Of a stretch of DNA of 64,000 bases, positions 35,001-48,460 are shown piece after piece (the stretch's first letter is position 1; each line of letters starts with the position of its first letter). Source of the stretch: Zygnema circumcarinatum SAG 698-1b (lineage: Eukaryota; Plantae; Zygnematophyceae); NCBI GenBank assembly GCA_037447605.1, contig CM074821.1, positions 372,001 to 436,000 on the forward strand, written 5' to 3'. A program made the translations under genes and the position numbers. Under the pieces are notes generated by a model. It did not search any database, was not told the origin of the DNA, and saw only the letters and a list, made by a program, of their open reading frames with translations.

Positions 35001-36461
35001 TCGCTCCCTCTCCCCCTCCCCCCTCTCTCTACTACTTGCCCCCTTCTCTCCCACTCTCCCTTCTCCTCCCCTCCCTCTACCACTCCCCTTCTCTCTCTCT
35101 CTCTCGCCACCTCTTCCCCTTCTCCCCATGTATTCCTCCCCCTCTCCCGCTCCCTCTATCTCCCTCTCCCTCTCCTCCCCCATTCCCTCTTTTCCCCTTC
35201 TTCCCTTCTCTCCTTCTCCCTCCTCCGCCTCCCTGTCCGTCCCATTCTCACACTCTCTCTCACGTTCTTTCTCCCTCTCCCCCAACGTGAACTACATTTC
35301 CTTTTTGAACAAATACTCTTCTTAAAAAAACCACAGAAGTTCGTTCAACTCACATTCAACCGGCGACGGTACAATCCTAAGTTTCTGCTCCCCTCCTTCC
35401 ATCACACTGACTAACGGAAAAGCCAACCGAACTCGACCGAACGACTGAAAGCAGCTGTTGATGTAGAACGTGTGCCCATCATCCAACCGGTTGAAGAGGT
35501 CGTACAAAGCATCGTGAAAAGCGCGCTTTGTTCTCCATGTCCCTGTTTCTATGCCTGCCAGTTCTGTCCTCAGTTCCACATTTCCTGTAAGTCGAGCACT
35601 GGGAGATGCTCCGTCGATGTTTTCAAACACATAGAGAGAGAGAACGCGGTTGATAGTTTCCAAAGTTTCGTTCGCTTCTTCAGCATCAAAAGGGAAGAAG
35701 TCGAGACAGAGAGCGAAGGCGGAGGGGGTAATAGTTTCGCCTCTTTCCATGGCAAAACCAACATCGGTACATGGGTCCTGCAGGGAGAGGTGATATATGG
35801 CAAAGAATTAGGGTGGGTTGGAGCTTCTATTTCAGTCTAATCTAGTGAAAAGGAAAGAGATTCAGAGGCCATTTTCTTACCCTCTGCTTTCGGTGAATCT
35901 GAACTGCTTTTGCTTTTGCTATTTTTAATATTATTCCAAGTTCTTGTGTCTTTGAGAACCACCCTCTGCAAGCATCCAGAGCAGCTCCTTCATTCCATCC
36001 AATTTCTTGATGCTTTCATAGCCTGCTTCTAGCATGCAGACTGTCTTACTTTTGCTTTATAAAGTAGAAGGTTGACTGTGACAAGAAAGAAAAGCATAGA
36101 GACATAATATGTATCTGAAACAAAAGAATGTAAAACGTATCATCTTTTCCTGCCTTGATCTTTCCAAACGTCTGCTTCATCAAATTAAGAACAGTTAACC
36201 ATCACATTTTCCTGCGCTTCATTCAGCGAAGTGAAAGCCGTGAGTGCAGCTTTGAACCAAAACGTCACAAACCCGAGCTTCAATTGTTAATGGTTTTGAT
36301 ATATTTCGAGAAAAAAAAGATAAAAGATTTCCTCTCACCACGCCTTTAGGCTGGTCCCGAAGGTCTCGCATGATGCGACATTCCGCCAAAGAGAGCAAAC
36401 AAAGTCCCAAAAGAAGCCATAGCCAAAAGTTTCTAAAGAAAGTGAGATCTTTTCCCTTCAT
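32100..36461 (-). CDS. Secreted S41-family (tail-specific/CPAF-like, fungal-type) serine peptidase
   Basis: A signal-peptide-like start at 36461 (MKGKDLTFFRNFWLWLLLGLCLLSLAECR) is tentative. Exons near 35750-35345 carry LYVF...FHDALYDLFNRLDDGHT.Y..SC, and further exons lie near 34890-34670, 34110-33820 and 33300-33180. The terminal exon has LILDLSNNGGG, LLTNGLCQSTCA, AVGG, GGQ and PLEF..E.ANFR. Some internal junctions are unresolved. Confidence 0.8.
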
Positions 36462-36744
36462 TTCTCCTCTCCCTTATATGAAAACTCTTGCTCTCACTTT
36501 CCTCCTTCAAGGCGGGCTCAGTCTGTGCAGAATGCCAGACCGGTATATGCACAAACTAAAACATATAAAAGGACAAATCTCTGCAATGGAGAAATGGGTT
36601 GCAAACGGAAGGAATTTGAAGCCAGTATTAGGGTTCTGAAGCTTCTAGGAAGTCAGAATACGAGTGATTCTGGTCAAACATTCTGCTCTTCATTCAGGAA
36701 TCGCCGATCGCCGTGCATGCTCCTGCAAGCGGAGACTTCGGCAA

Positions 36745-36988
36745 TGCATGCCGTTCGTACATATTAGCTGAAAGGGAAGTGGCAAACCGTACCTTTTTCG
36801 TACCGTTTCCTGTTCGTTCACAAGCGCTGACCCTTTTCCGTGCAGGCAAGCGGGGACTTCGGTACCGTACAGTAATGCATGTCGTTCGTACATTTCAGCT
36901 GAAAGGAAAGTACCACTGTATTGGCAAACCGTACCGTACCGTACCTTTTTCGTACCGTTTCCTGTTCGTTCACAAGCGTTTGACCCTT
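36745..36988. repeat. Imperfect direct repeat x2 (~90-110 bp units) upstream of the S41 gene
   Basis: gttcgtacat..agctgaaagg.aag...ggcaaaccgtacc...tttttcgtaccgtttcctgttcgttcacaagcg occurs twice. Confidence 0.75.
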
Positions 36989-38055
36989 ACTCTCGTTTTA
37001 GGAATCCTCGCCAGGCAGAGGCGCCGTCGAGCAGCTCAACTTTTGGTTTGACTTTGGTCAACTCAATTTTCATTGTTCAGAACTTTCCATTGGTCAGTCG
37101 CCACTGGTCAGTTTTCTGGCTTATTCAAATGTTTTTCGGTCAGCTCAAAACTTTTGTTGAGCGGGCCATGGCCCCAAGGGCGATGAAGACGAATCTTGGC
37201 CGTCGATGTTCCTGAAAAATCCTCAGTCGACAGTTTAGATCACGCCACGTGGCAGAATAGCACTTGTTTACCGTACAAGAGTTATAACCCTAACCGGACT
37301 ACTGTACTCTTCTACATGTGACGGTTTGATCTGTCCGTACGCGTCACATGTGACAGGCGGCGTGGAAATTCAACGGGACGAGCCACCTCGAATTTGGGTT
37401 TAAAATTAAAAATAAAATAAAGAACCCGCCACAAATCACAGGCTTCCACGTGGAAAAACGGGTTCAGGTGTCGTAATTTACGACCCAGCGTTTAACAAAA
37501 TGGAACTACTATTCACACACCTTTTTTTTTAAGATACACACCTTCAAAAGAAAAATCCTCCTCCTCCTTACCATAAAAACCCTAATGAAATCTGACCGGC
37601 GAAAAAAGGTGTGTATTTATACAAAGAAGGTGTGTCACTTGCATTTTCCTTAACAAAATCGCGTTATAATTTACCTCCTTGTGCTTATTCGTACAAAGCA
37701 GATGTACAGAAATGTACGACCTTGTACGGTTTGTGTACGGCTGCCCACGTGCACGATCGAAATTTGAGGTCCTCGCGTCGGGCAGCTCCGTCGGCTCCCA
37801 GCGCGCCACGTACCCCCTCCCCCCCGCGGGCGCCAATTTTTTTTAGCATCCACGACGGCCAGAAAGTTTTACATATCATTCGGAAAACATATTACAGGTC
37901 TGGTCTATCCGTAACTCCCCCTGGCGCCTGTTTTTTTGAGCATCCTGAACGGCCAGAAATTCTTACATATCATTCGGAAAACATATTACAGGGTTGTTCC
38001 CTCCGAAAACAGAAACCAAAATGTTTCGGCTTTGTATTGCCACCGACATCCCGAT

Positions 38056-38178
38056 TGACACGTGGCAGTAATCGGACGGTTGGGTCTAGTCGCGTTTCAG
38101 ATCCAGCCAATGGGAGAGCCGAAACTTGCGCCCCACACGTGTCACATCCGCAGGAGCGGCATTCTATGCCACGTGGCA
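38056..38178 (+). promoter_or_regulatory. G-box cluster upstream of THF1
   Basis: TGACACGTGGCA (38056-38067), CACGTG (38136-38141) and the palindromic TGCCACGTGGCA (38167-38178) lie 300-430 bp before the ATG. Confidence 0.5.
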
Positions 38179-38481
38179 CCTTCCAATGCCCGAACCTTAA
38201 AAACAAGTTTAAATTATTTTTCCCCTGCCCGGCTTCAATGCTTCCGAATTTCTTCCGAAACCATTTTCCAAACTATCCTTTCTGCCCGTTACAATTTTTT
38301 TCACTGCCTTGTAAATATTTTCCAAGCTGGACTCCCTCTCCCTAATGTTCTGCCAATTCTATCCTTCCACAAGAGGAACTTTTCTGAAGCGGACTTCTCC
38401 ACTCCCTCTCCCTCTCCCTCTCCCTCTCCTTCTCACTCCCTCGCCCCTCTCCCACTCCCTCTCCCTCTCCCTCCCGCAGCC

Positions 38482-41400
38482 ATGGCAGCAGCCACGGCTG
38501 CGCGCGTCGCTGCGCGCTCTATGGCCGCCATGGCCGAGAGGTCCGAGCTTGCATCTAGCAGCCACGGCTGCTCCAGCCCCAGCCTCTCCTGCATGAGCTC
38601 TGCCTCGAGCTTCAATGGCTCCACTTCTCTGCGCGTGAAGAGCGCTGCTCCATGGCGGCGGAGCTCCGTTAGGTCAAGGAGCGCCGTCACATGTGCCGTT
38701 GGAACTCCCGGTAATCTGCCTTCTGTCGTCTGTGACGGTGCCCTGCACCGCCCTGTTGGCAGCAGCTGTAGCTATATTGCCATGGCATTCATGGAATGCA
38801 CTCCGTTGATGTCTTTTTTGGTACATTCGTGCCACAATGTCTGTATGCGTTTTCTGTTAAATTCTGCAACGCCTTGATTAGGGTTTGGTCCAATGCAGTG
38901 ATGACCTGCTTCTCTTCCTCTTTGTGACTTTTCGCCGCTTAATTGTGGCTGTCGTCTTCTTCTGAAGCCATTTTAGGGTTTCAGGGTCGGGGGCTTCGCA
39001 CCGCTCCTGTAGTTTCAGCAGCCTCTCTTTTTATTTTCGAAGTTCTCAAACCCTAAAAGCTCTCGTTGAATCAAATTCGCTTCTGCAGTTCAATCATATA
39101 TCTCACCTTCCGTCTTCCTCTCTCTCCCTCTCACTCTCTCTTCTTCATTGCCAGAAGCTTGTCTCATCCAGCTTGCACTTTTGGCATCCTCTTCTTCAAA
39201 ATTTTCGATATTTCCATTAATTCCATCTTCTCTCTTGTTGTAATTGCCTGTTTTTCTCCGCTTCTCGTTGTCGATCCCTTTTCGATTTTCTTTCTTTTTT
39301 TCTCACACTTTAGGTTTCCCATACATGCCAAAAAGACCGCCCTCATCGGTTAGTTGTTCAATGATAATAGCAGACAGAACCCCATGCTAAAATGTAACGC
39401 ATTCATGCACATTGTCTTTGGTGAGGTGGACTGGATATCCATGTATCTTTGAATTGCGCCTTTGCATTCTGCCGTTTATTCACATCTTCACTTATATCTG
39501 CTCTACTTACATGCCAATTGCCCAATCATAGGATTCTCCTTATTCACCAAAGCAGCTACTTCTTCATTAATTTAGAAGCTGTCCTTTGTTGTTGTTTCTC
39601 TTCAACGAGTTAATGCAAAAACTTCACTTTTTGGTCTGATTGGAAGTATTATGTTTCACAACTTAAATCTCCTCCACAAATTCGTCTCTGAAGAATTGAA
39701 AAGTAACAAATTTTCCTTTGTTCGGCTGTTCAGCAGTGACGCCCCCAACTGTCGCTGACACAAAGCAAGCCTTCCTGCTAACATACAAGCGACCTATCCC
39801 TACATTGTATAACAAGTACGTTCAGTTGCTATCTTCCCTTCCTCCTGCCGACCTGCCATTCTCTCTTTCTCTTTCCACCTCCCTCTCCCTTCGTTCTCTC
39901 CTTCCCGTTCTCACTACACCCCTCCTCTCTCTCTCTCTCTGAGTCATTTCTTAATTGTTTCTAAAGAAGTCTGCCACGTGTGGTGTCATATATATCTTTT
40001 GGCTTTCACGTAAATTCTACTAAGTGAACAGCTGGCACTGGGCAGAGCAGGTTTGTGTCTATTGTATACGTGTGTCGTTTGTTCCATTCTTAGGCTTATG
40101 AGCTTTATGTTTTATGTCTCCAAAGCATTTCTATGAACAGCATCTCCTTGTGATTCCTTCTCACATATGAACTTCTCGTCATCTCCCCCGATATCTGTTT
40201 CATCTTTTAACGCATTGATTTGAAGAAAGTTATCACGCGTGCAAATTCAGACAGGGGGGCTGTTGGAGTTTGTTTTACTTGTGATTTTTCTGAAAAATGT
40301 TTGGGTATTGTGCGGCAGTGTGATTCAGGAACTCTTAGTACAACAGCACTTGATTCGATACAACTCGAGTTACAAATACGATCCTATTTTTGCCCTCGGA
40401 TTTGTGACTGTTTATGATCAGCTCATGGACGGATATGCAAATCCGGATGATGTTGATGTTATCTTTCGATCTTACATCGGTATCCCTCATTTCCATCACC
40501 TGAGTCAAAATAGTTGGAGTACTTACTGTACCTTTCATCTATCAAATGAGCGTTGTTTTAAGATTCAAGTGTGGCCCTCTGAGTGGATTTAAGCCATCTA
40601 AGCCAATCAATATAACTCACTAGCCAATACCTAGCCGATTCATGATGCAGAATCCCTAGGAGAGCTGTAATTTAACAGGAACGTCTAAACTGAAGTCGGA
40701 CACATGACGTTGTTCCATGAAAATGAAACCTGTGCAACTGATTTTTGCAAGTTGTTGCTGTTCTACTGCTCAGAGGCACTGAAGGAGGACCCTGAGGCAT
40801 ATAGACGCGATGCAGCACAGTTGGAAGAATGGGCTGGTCAATTGGACGCAGCTGCTTTAGTCGAATTTCCATCGAGAGATGGTCCAGTAGAGACCATCTT
40901 AAAGGTGAGTAGATGTGAGAAAAAACGAACAGAAAACGGAAGAAAATTTCTATTTCATGTGGGAGACTCTCACCTTCAGAGGAGGAGCTGTGAAGACTAC
41001 CGCTGAGGTGTATTGATTCCGCATTCAAGTTGCGAGAAAGCATTGTTAGAGGGGAGATAAAGGATGGAAGTATGTCGATATGTATGCAGTTTCTCGACAA
41101 GGTGGATGTTTGGCCTTCAGTTTCATGTATTTTTTTAGGTTACGAATGTTGTTTTGTTGTCCATTGGGGAGGACAGGATATTGCTGCAAGAGCTGGAGGC
41201 AGTGGTGGGGGTTTCCATTATTCTCGGCTTTTTGCTATTGGGCTGTTCCGGCTAATGGAATTGGCAAAGGCCTCCGAGCCAGCAACTCTTGAAAAGGTAT
41301 CCCTTCTCAGTCCTTTCTTTTGAAATTTTGGAAGCCTCTAACGAAGCCCTGAAATCGGCATTACTGCTAGTAAGGCGTGGGGCTGGATAGTTTTTTGGGA

Positions 41401-42165
41401 AGAATCGATGAATGGATGTTAGAATCTGTGCTTTTAGTAATCTGACCGAGGTCGAGAGAATCCTAACTTCTCAGCTTTCCTCTCCTTGCCACTTTTCTCG
41501 CCATCCTCGCGCTTCTCTTCCCTTTCGATTTCCTCTCATCATTCATTCCTCTCTCCGTTCCTTTCTCCCCTCCCTTCCCCCCCTCCTCCCTTCTCCTTCC
41601 TTTCTCTCCCACTCTCTTTCGCCCTTCTGACGTTTACTCTTGGGAGAGAGTTGTGCTTTGCAGTTGTGTGCAGCCCTGCAGGTAAACAAAATGAGTGTAG
41701 ATCGTGATCTGGATGTGTACCGCGGCTTGCTCAGTAAGCTCTCACAAGCGAAGGAGCTCCTCCAAGACTTTCTGCTCAGGTGAGTGCCATATGATATGAT
41801 ACGCGTGTTCTGTGTGTTCTTTTATCATGTTGAAATCTGCAGTTGCTTTGGTCAAATAATGCCTCGGTTTGGGCTGAGTCGGTCGACCTCGTGATCGCAT
41901 TCAACAGTGTGTTTTAAGAATCAAGCATCATCCAATGCGACTGCGCCACGTACACACATTTTTGTACAGGTGTCTAACTGTCATTGGAAGATGCTCGAGT
42001 ATTGTTCGCATGGGGAAAGGCTCTAAGGCTTTGCATGGACTTTGAAGTCGATATGGTACTATGGGTATGTTGTGGTGACATGCATGAGGGTGGGTTTCGG
42101 GATGCAGGGAGAAGCAAAAGCAGGCGGAGAGGGAGAAAGAAAAGGCGCAAGTGAAGGCTGAGTAG
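38482..42165 (+). CDS. THF1: Thylakoid formation 1 (Psb29/THF1)
   Basis: A Ser/Ala/Arg-rich transit peptide exon (38482-38710) is followed by PTVADTK.AFL..YKRPIP..YN, VIQELLVQQHL.RY...Y.YDP.FALGFVTVYDQLM, F.YSRLFAIGLFRL.ELA, SVDRDLDVYR.LLSKL.QAKELL. TAG at 42163-42165. Confidence 0.95.
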
Positions 42166-45150
42166 AGAGGTGGCTGCTTTGCAGGCAGGGGGGGGTCTCT
42201 TAGCGCTTAGTCTCAGTTTTGTGCTTCTGTTTACGGAGACGGCTCAGTTGCAACTTTGTTCAGCGAGTTATTAGTGGTTCTCTCACGCGAGCTTAATGTC
42301 TTAGGGGGGGCTCTCTCCCACTCTCACATCCTCTCTTTATTTCTGTGGGAAGTTTTGTCAAAATGAATGAAAAAGCATTGTAGCCTTGCGTTTCGCTGTT
42401 AAATGTTTGCGTCGCAGTTCGCAGTTAAACGGGAAATTCGTCTCAGTTCGATCAAGTTGCGTAACGCGTTGGGTCGAACGATTTCATCTCGGACATGTGA
42501 ACGAGACCCAGTTCCGTTTGAACCTGGTCACATCCGTACGATTGTTGACCGTACCGTTTTGTTCTTTCCTGCTACAGCACGAGATTTAGCTCTGAAAGTA
42601 ATGTCGGCGCGGCCACGTGGCGCTTCCAGAGAGCTCCTGAAACCGTACATGCGAAATTCCTTTTCTTTTCCTTATAATTTGTGGGTGCCCAATCACAATA
42701 TGCCACGTATGTGACTGACACGTGGCGAGATTTAAGTGGCTCTTCTATTAAAAAATGTTTGGATTGCTGCACGCGGAAGCCCGCATTGCCTGTCCAGCAG
42801 GCGGCCACGTCGTCCCCACCAGAATATCTTACCTTTGTCGTTTTCGTTAGCGCTTTTACGACGACGGACAGGAAATTGTACGGACATAAAAACGTACGGG
42901 CAGAAAAAAATATTGGCATGGACAGTTACGGTCAGAAAACATTTTCTGGCACACTTGTATGGCATGTTGTACGGTTGCATAAAGTGACAAAAAAACCGTA
43001 CCATAGGATACGACAGAGTTCCTTTTTTCTTCTTTCGCGTAATGGGCACACCCGTTTATGCTATTTCCACTTTCCAGTTAAAATAATCCGCTAATCAGGA
43101 CCCGACACGTGTACAAACTGGCCACGTACGCATAAATTGCACACCTGTGTTCTGGAATGTCCAGTTGGGGCACCCGTTTGTGACCTGATTTGACACATCG
43201 CAATATTCATTGCAATATCTGGATATCCCGATACACGAGGAAATAACGGGAGGAGGGTGCGCGCACCCGACATCGAATTTTGAAGTTGGTTACTTTAGAT
43301 ACGGCTTGAAAATATCCGTACATGTTCGTACATCGATCACGTACGGTCTATGTCGGTGGATCCCGAATTCCAAACTCTCATGGTACGGAAACGCAACCGT
43401 CGACGCGAATTTGCAAGCGCGTTTGTACGAAAGAGCGGGTACATGTACGAAATTCGTACAATTCGTACTATCACGGCCGTGTTTGGTGTAGAAAGTACGA
43501 AAACAGTACATAACGGAACGGGAAAAAATAGAAAAAAAGTAAAGAAACCAACTTTGGGGAGAGGAGGGGGACATGTTTGAAATTAAAATATCTTCCAGAG
43601 GCCACGTAGTCTGCAGGTGAGGGAGGTATAGCGGTGCGGGAGAGAGCGGGAGAGAGAGAGAGAGAGTGAGAAAGAGAGTGACGCAGGGAGAAGAGAGGGA
43701 GAAGAGAGAAAGGAGGAAAGAGGGAGGGAGAGAGAGAGGGAGGGAGAGTGAGAGAGGGAGGGAGAGTGAGAGAGGGAGAGAGGGAGAGGGAGAGAGAGAG
43801 AGAAGGCAGGCGAGGTGTAGAGGCTACGATTTCCTAAAAGGGCCTTTGATTGTGGAAAGGAGGCTATCGAGAGTGGGACGCTTCTTGGACGATGGAGGAG
43901 GGAGGGAGAGGGAGACGGACGTGAGCCCTTTTGCTGAATATTGGTGAGGATGTTGATTGGATTGATGTGGTTGTATGGCTGTCATGTTCCTTTATCGGAT
44001 CATTGGAAGCTAGGTCTTGGTTATGTTTAAGCTGTTCTGGACGGTAATGTGATGACGGAAGTTGGCATGCTGCTGCATGTTTGCCTGTTGCGAGGACTCT
44101 TGTGCTTCAAGGTGCTCTGGAGTTTCATGAGGTGATTAGGCTTGAAGGCGGAGAAGCAGGCTACACATACTTGCATGCATGCATGCATATATGGTCCTGA
44201 AACTATGGCTACTTTTATGTTTATCTGGCATTGACCCCTTGTTTCTTACCATATTGAATGCTTACTGAAACATGTAGCGGTATGTAGTCAGTCAGCTGGT
44301 CGCTTGGGGATTTATTTCTGAAAAGAGTATTTCGGATGTTTCACATTTTGCTGGAATGCTTGTGCTGATTTCGAATGCCGTTTGTTTGGCAAATGCCAGA
44401 GATTGTCACGTCCTTGTTGTCAACACACAGCTTCGCATGCAACCCTGCTGGCTGCCTGCTTTGAGCCGATTTCTAGACAGACTAACTAGTAATTTCTGCA
44501 GTGTGTTCCTCTCTTGTCTCATATTGTTCGAGCTAACTCGTGAGCTCCCATTCCATGGTCCATGGAATTGTTGGAGAATGGCAAGCGCATGTCTGGCATG
44601 CATGCAAAGGTTTGTTGCCGGTCGAGAGCCAGGGCTAGTCTTTGCCTATAGAGGAGGATACAGTCTGGTAGGAAGGACTTGGAACAGTTGGTCCTCGCGT
44701 ATGGATTGCATTTCCTTTCATTGTCCGCGAAACACAGTAAAAATGTTCAATACCATCGACTCAATATCAGAAGCAGCTGCTTAGAGGGGGTGTCCATAGC
44801 TTAAGGTAGGCTCGGTAAGTTGATCAGTTTCCACATCTCTCTCATCTTTCGGGAAAGTTAATCTTTCCAATCCCCTAATACTGGTGCTCTGACTGTCACG
44901 TTCCTGTCTATCCAACCCTCGATCTCATCCCAATCTCACCCAGCCCAATCTCTAGCTGTTCTATTCAGCTATCGACGAGGCATACCTGCTTGTCCGATTG
45001 TGATGATGCTTGTGGGAAAAAAGCTCTTGCAGAAGCATGATTTCAGAGAGTATGTGATTCTAAAGCATCTTGTTGAATGCCTGCTCTTTTTCTCCCTGCG
45101 TTCAGGTGCCATACATCCTATGCTCATCGCACGCTTACAGCTCTGCTATT

Positions 45151-46521
45151 ATGTCCCGCTTTGCAGTCAGTTCCGCTCATCTCGGCCCTGAAACTGCCTC
45201 CCTCACATATAACGATCCGGCATCTATGAGGCAACAGGGAAATTCCGAGCAGCCCTCCAGTCACCATTCCAAGTTGGACAAAAGCTCAAGTGAGGGAGAG
45301 ACAGATAGTGATGATGAAGGTGCGAGCAGCTTTGCGAGCTCAGACAGTGATGAAAAGAGCCATCAGACTGAGTCTACTTCCAAACAAGAACATGGAGGAG
45401 TCACTACTCTGAACCCTCAGATCGTAGCTTCTCCTCTTGTAGGAGCTGTCCCAAGGAGAGGCTTTGGAAATTTCCTGCCCTTGCAGCAGGGAGTGGGTAT
45501 TGGCTCTCCTTCTGCTTTCCCCCCCTACTTCCCTCAACCACATGGGGGGGGACTTGTAGTAGCTGGAGGACATCCAGGTACATGCTCTAATTTCAAGCAT
45601 TGCCCTATTTTTCTATTTCTTTGTTATATATAGCTATGGTTATGTATGAAACGCATAGACATAGGCAGGGCACGTTTCTATATATGCATGCAAATTGACT
45701 TCAATATCTCGCGCTTATCTATGTGTATTTTTCTGTTGGAAGCAGGCCATGCAGCTTATGGAGGCATGGCATTTCCGGGGCAGACAGCGACAAATCAGCC
45801 TCCTTATCCAGCGCCGTATCTTCCCATTTCTTACAAGGATAGGGCTAATGCATTTTTCGTTGGCTACTTTTTAACCTCACTGTCAATTTGTGTCTCTCGA
45901 AAATCGGCTACACCCCTTTTTTTTTTTTTTTTACGTTCATAGTCTTTTCGATAGGCATTGTGTGGGGTAGTTCAAAAAAGAAGCTTCCTTGACTTGAAAC
46001 TCTTGAGCAGATCCCTTTTGAATCCTGGAGCCATTGCTCGACAGCAGAGGGCTTCCGCGGATGAAAGAAAGGGGAAGAGGAGGAGACCGACTGCAGATGC
46101 AAAACCCGCTGAAAGTGAGAGTTCTGATTCTTCAGAAGCCCACCCTCTTATTTTCGGATGTACATTCCCCAAATACCTTCCAGGTGGAAAGTATAAACTT
46201 GTGAGGATGGGTTGAAGTAGTGCCAACAGACGAGAATTCAGATTTCAGATCATTTTGCTTAGGTTAAAGTTGTTAGCAATTTTCTGGTATATATTACTTT
46301 AATTCATTTGCGGGAAATATAGTACGGGAAGAAAAAAAAAAAAAAACTGAACTGAACTGAATTGGTGAACCTTCTAGAGTGGAGGTTAAGGTCGAGTTAG
46401 TTGAACGGTTGCTTAACCTATCGACTACTCCCTCTCCCTCCCTCTTTCTCTCTCTCTAGTTAGTCAGCTAGCTAGCCAGCTAGTTAGTCAGTCTTAAAAA
46501 ACCTATCTTTCCCTCCCTCTC

Positions 46522-46579
<58 letters not shown>

Positions 46580-48224
46580 GTTAGTCAGCTAGTTAGTCAG
46601 TCTTAACCTATCGACTACTCCCTCCCTCTCTCTCCCTCTAATTAGTCAGCTGGTTAGTCAGCTAGTTAGTCAGTCTCTAACTGCTGGTTGTGATGGTTGG
46701 CAGCCCCTGCAGCTCCCACTGAAAGTGCTTCAGCAGATGCGACAGCTGGCACTGTCCAAGTGGTCCCAAGCAGCGGTACGGCCCCAGGAGCAGCAAAAGC
46801 AGGGCCTCCAGTTGTGAAGGTGAAGGAAGAGCGAAGGAAGAAAAGGTAATTCCAATTCATCATTTTCAACCTCACCCCACAAAGCTTGGGCCGTTTTAGA
46901 GGAAAAGAACATCTGCAGAACTGGGTTTGAGTAGAGACGGCGATCTCTAAAGTCACTAAATGTCGAATCAAGTGGTTCAATTGCTGCTATGGCTGAATGA
47001 AAGCACAAAGTAAGTGGAAGTTGTTTGAATGGTCTTGCGACTTTTGCAGGCTTTTGAGGAATCGAGTTAGTGCTCAGCAAGCGAGAGAGAGAAAGCGACA
47101 ACACGTTGTTGTGAGTTGGGGCTTTTCGGGCTCATTTTATTAGTGGGGGTTTCCATATCATAGTAAACTAGTGCAGGACTGGTTGTATGGGGGAGGGAGG
47201 CTGGCTGGAAATGAAAGAAAGGACGGGTCTTTGTCTTCATCTGTGCATGTATGCTGAATGCTGTGCTAGAAGGTAGAGATATTGTTGATGCTCTAAAGAT
47301 TTGAAAAAAAAAGGCCTGTGGTTCGGAAGATTGGAAGATTCTTCATCGGACATGAGTGTGTTTTCATGAAAGCTGTTATGAAACGGGAATAAGATAATGT
47401 AGACAAGCGGATTGCGAGATGATTGGTTATGCTTGCTGTTTTTTATGGCAGTTAAGACGCGACGTAATAGTGTTTGCAAATTGGATGATACTGTATGTGG
47501 TAAAATTTGTATGTATTTGAAAGGATTTTGATTGCAAAGGTATGCATGTTGGGATGCAGGAGCTGGAGGAGCGGTGCAACAAAATGGAGAGCAGCAATAC
47601 GGAGTTGGAGCAGCGTGTGGTTTCTCTCACTCGGGTAAGAGAGTAAAGCAGATGGTGTTTCTTTTATCCAGCTATCTAGAGTTTTTTAGATTGAATGCAG
47701 CTCTAGATTTAGGCTTTAGTACGCTACGCCCTTCCAACTTATAGTTTATAATGTGGTGGGTAATTCATGGATCATCAGTAGTGAACTACTTGCGGAGTTT
47801 TTATCGTTTGTTCGTGTATCCTGAGATAGACTTCGTGGCATAGCAATTACTGATAAAAGTGACAAACTTAAAAGCTAAGATAAGTCCACATTTGGAGGCA
47901 CTCATTCTCAGCAAGTCCGTAACACATTTGACCATACCGTCATGCCATTGATCTTCACTACAATCCTGTACGGACATTTTCACAGTTTCTTTCCAAGTAT
48001 GACCTCCCCCCACCTATTGTTAATCACCCCAGATCATATGGCATGTTGAATTTCAGGAGAATGAGGAACTCCGACAGGTAGTGCGTGATAATATGAGGGC
48101 AAGTGCCAGTGCTGTGGGGGCGAGTGCGGCTTCTATTGGAAGGGCGATGGGGAGTGAGCTTGGAGCCCCTTCAGGGATGCAGTACATGTATGGGGGCATG
48201 GATGTGATGGCGGAAGATAGCTAG
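45151..48224 (+). CDS. HY5: HY5-family bZIP transcription factor with long N-terminal region
   Basis: Exons 46704-46845, 47050-47110, 47560-47634 and 48057-48224 splice in phase to KKR|LLRNRVSAQQARERKRQHVV|ELEERCNKMESSNTELEQRVVSLTR|ENEELRQVVRDN, the HY5 basic region and zipper. The 5' exon 45151-~45578 is likely. The middle exons (45745-46183) could not be phased. Confidence 0.85.
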
Positions 48225-48460
48225 GACCCGAGAGACTAGACAAGGCCTTTCATTTTGAGTTTGTGGGGACGCAAAGAGGGAGCCAAGATGTGGAGGGAAA
48301 GATGGGAGGACGGCTCTTTCGTGCAGCGAAGATCGGAGGTTTGGTCATTCGTATGACTGAGTTCTAAGGGAAGGGGAAGGAAGGGGAAGGGAAGGATATG
48401 AGACGTGAAGGAGAGGACTGAATGCGGTCAGGCACGCAACGGAACGGAAACCAAACGGGT

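Noticed and set aside
42400-43600. Possible large inverted-repeat element between THF1 and HY5
   Set aside because: Similarity between the putative arms is weak, and I found no TIR or TSD.
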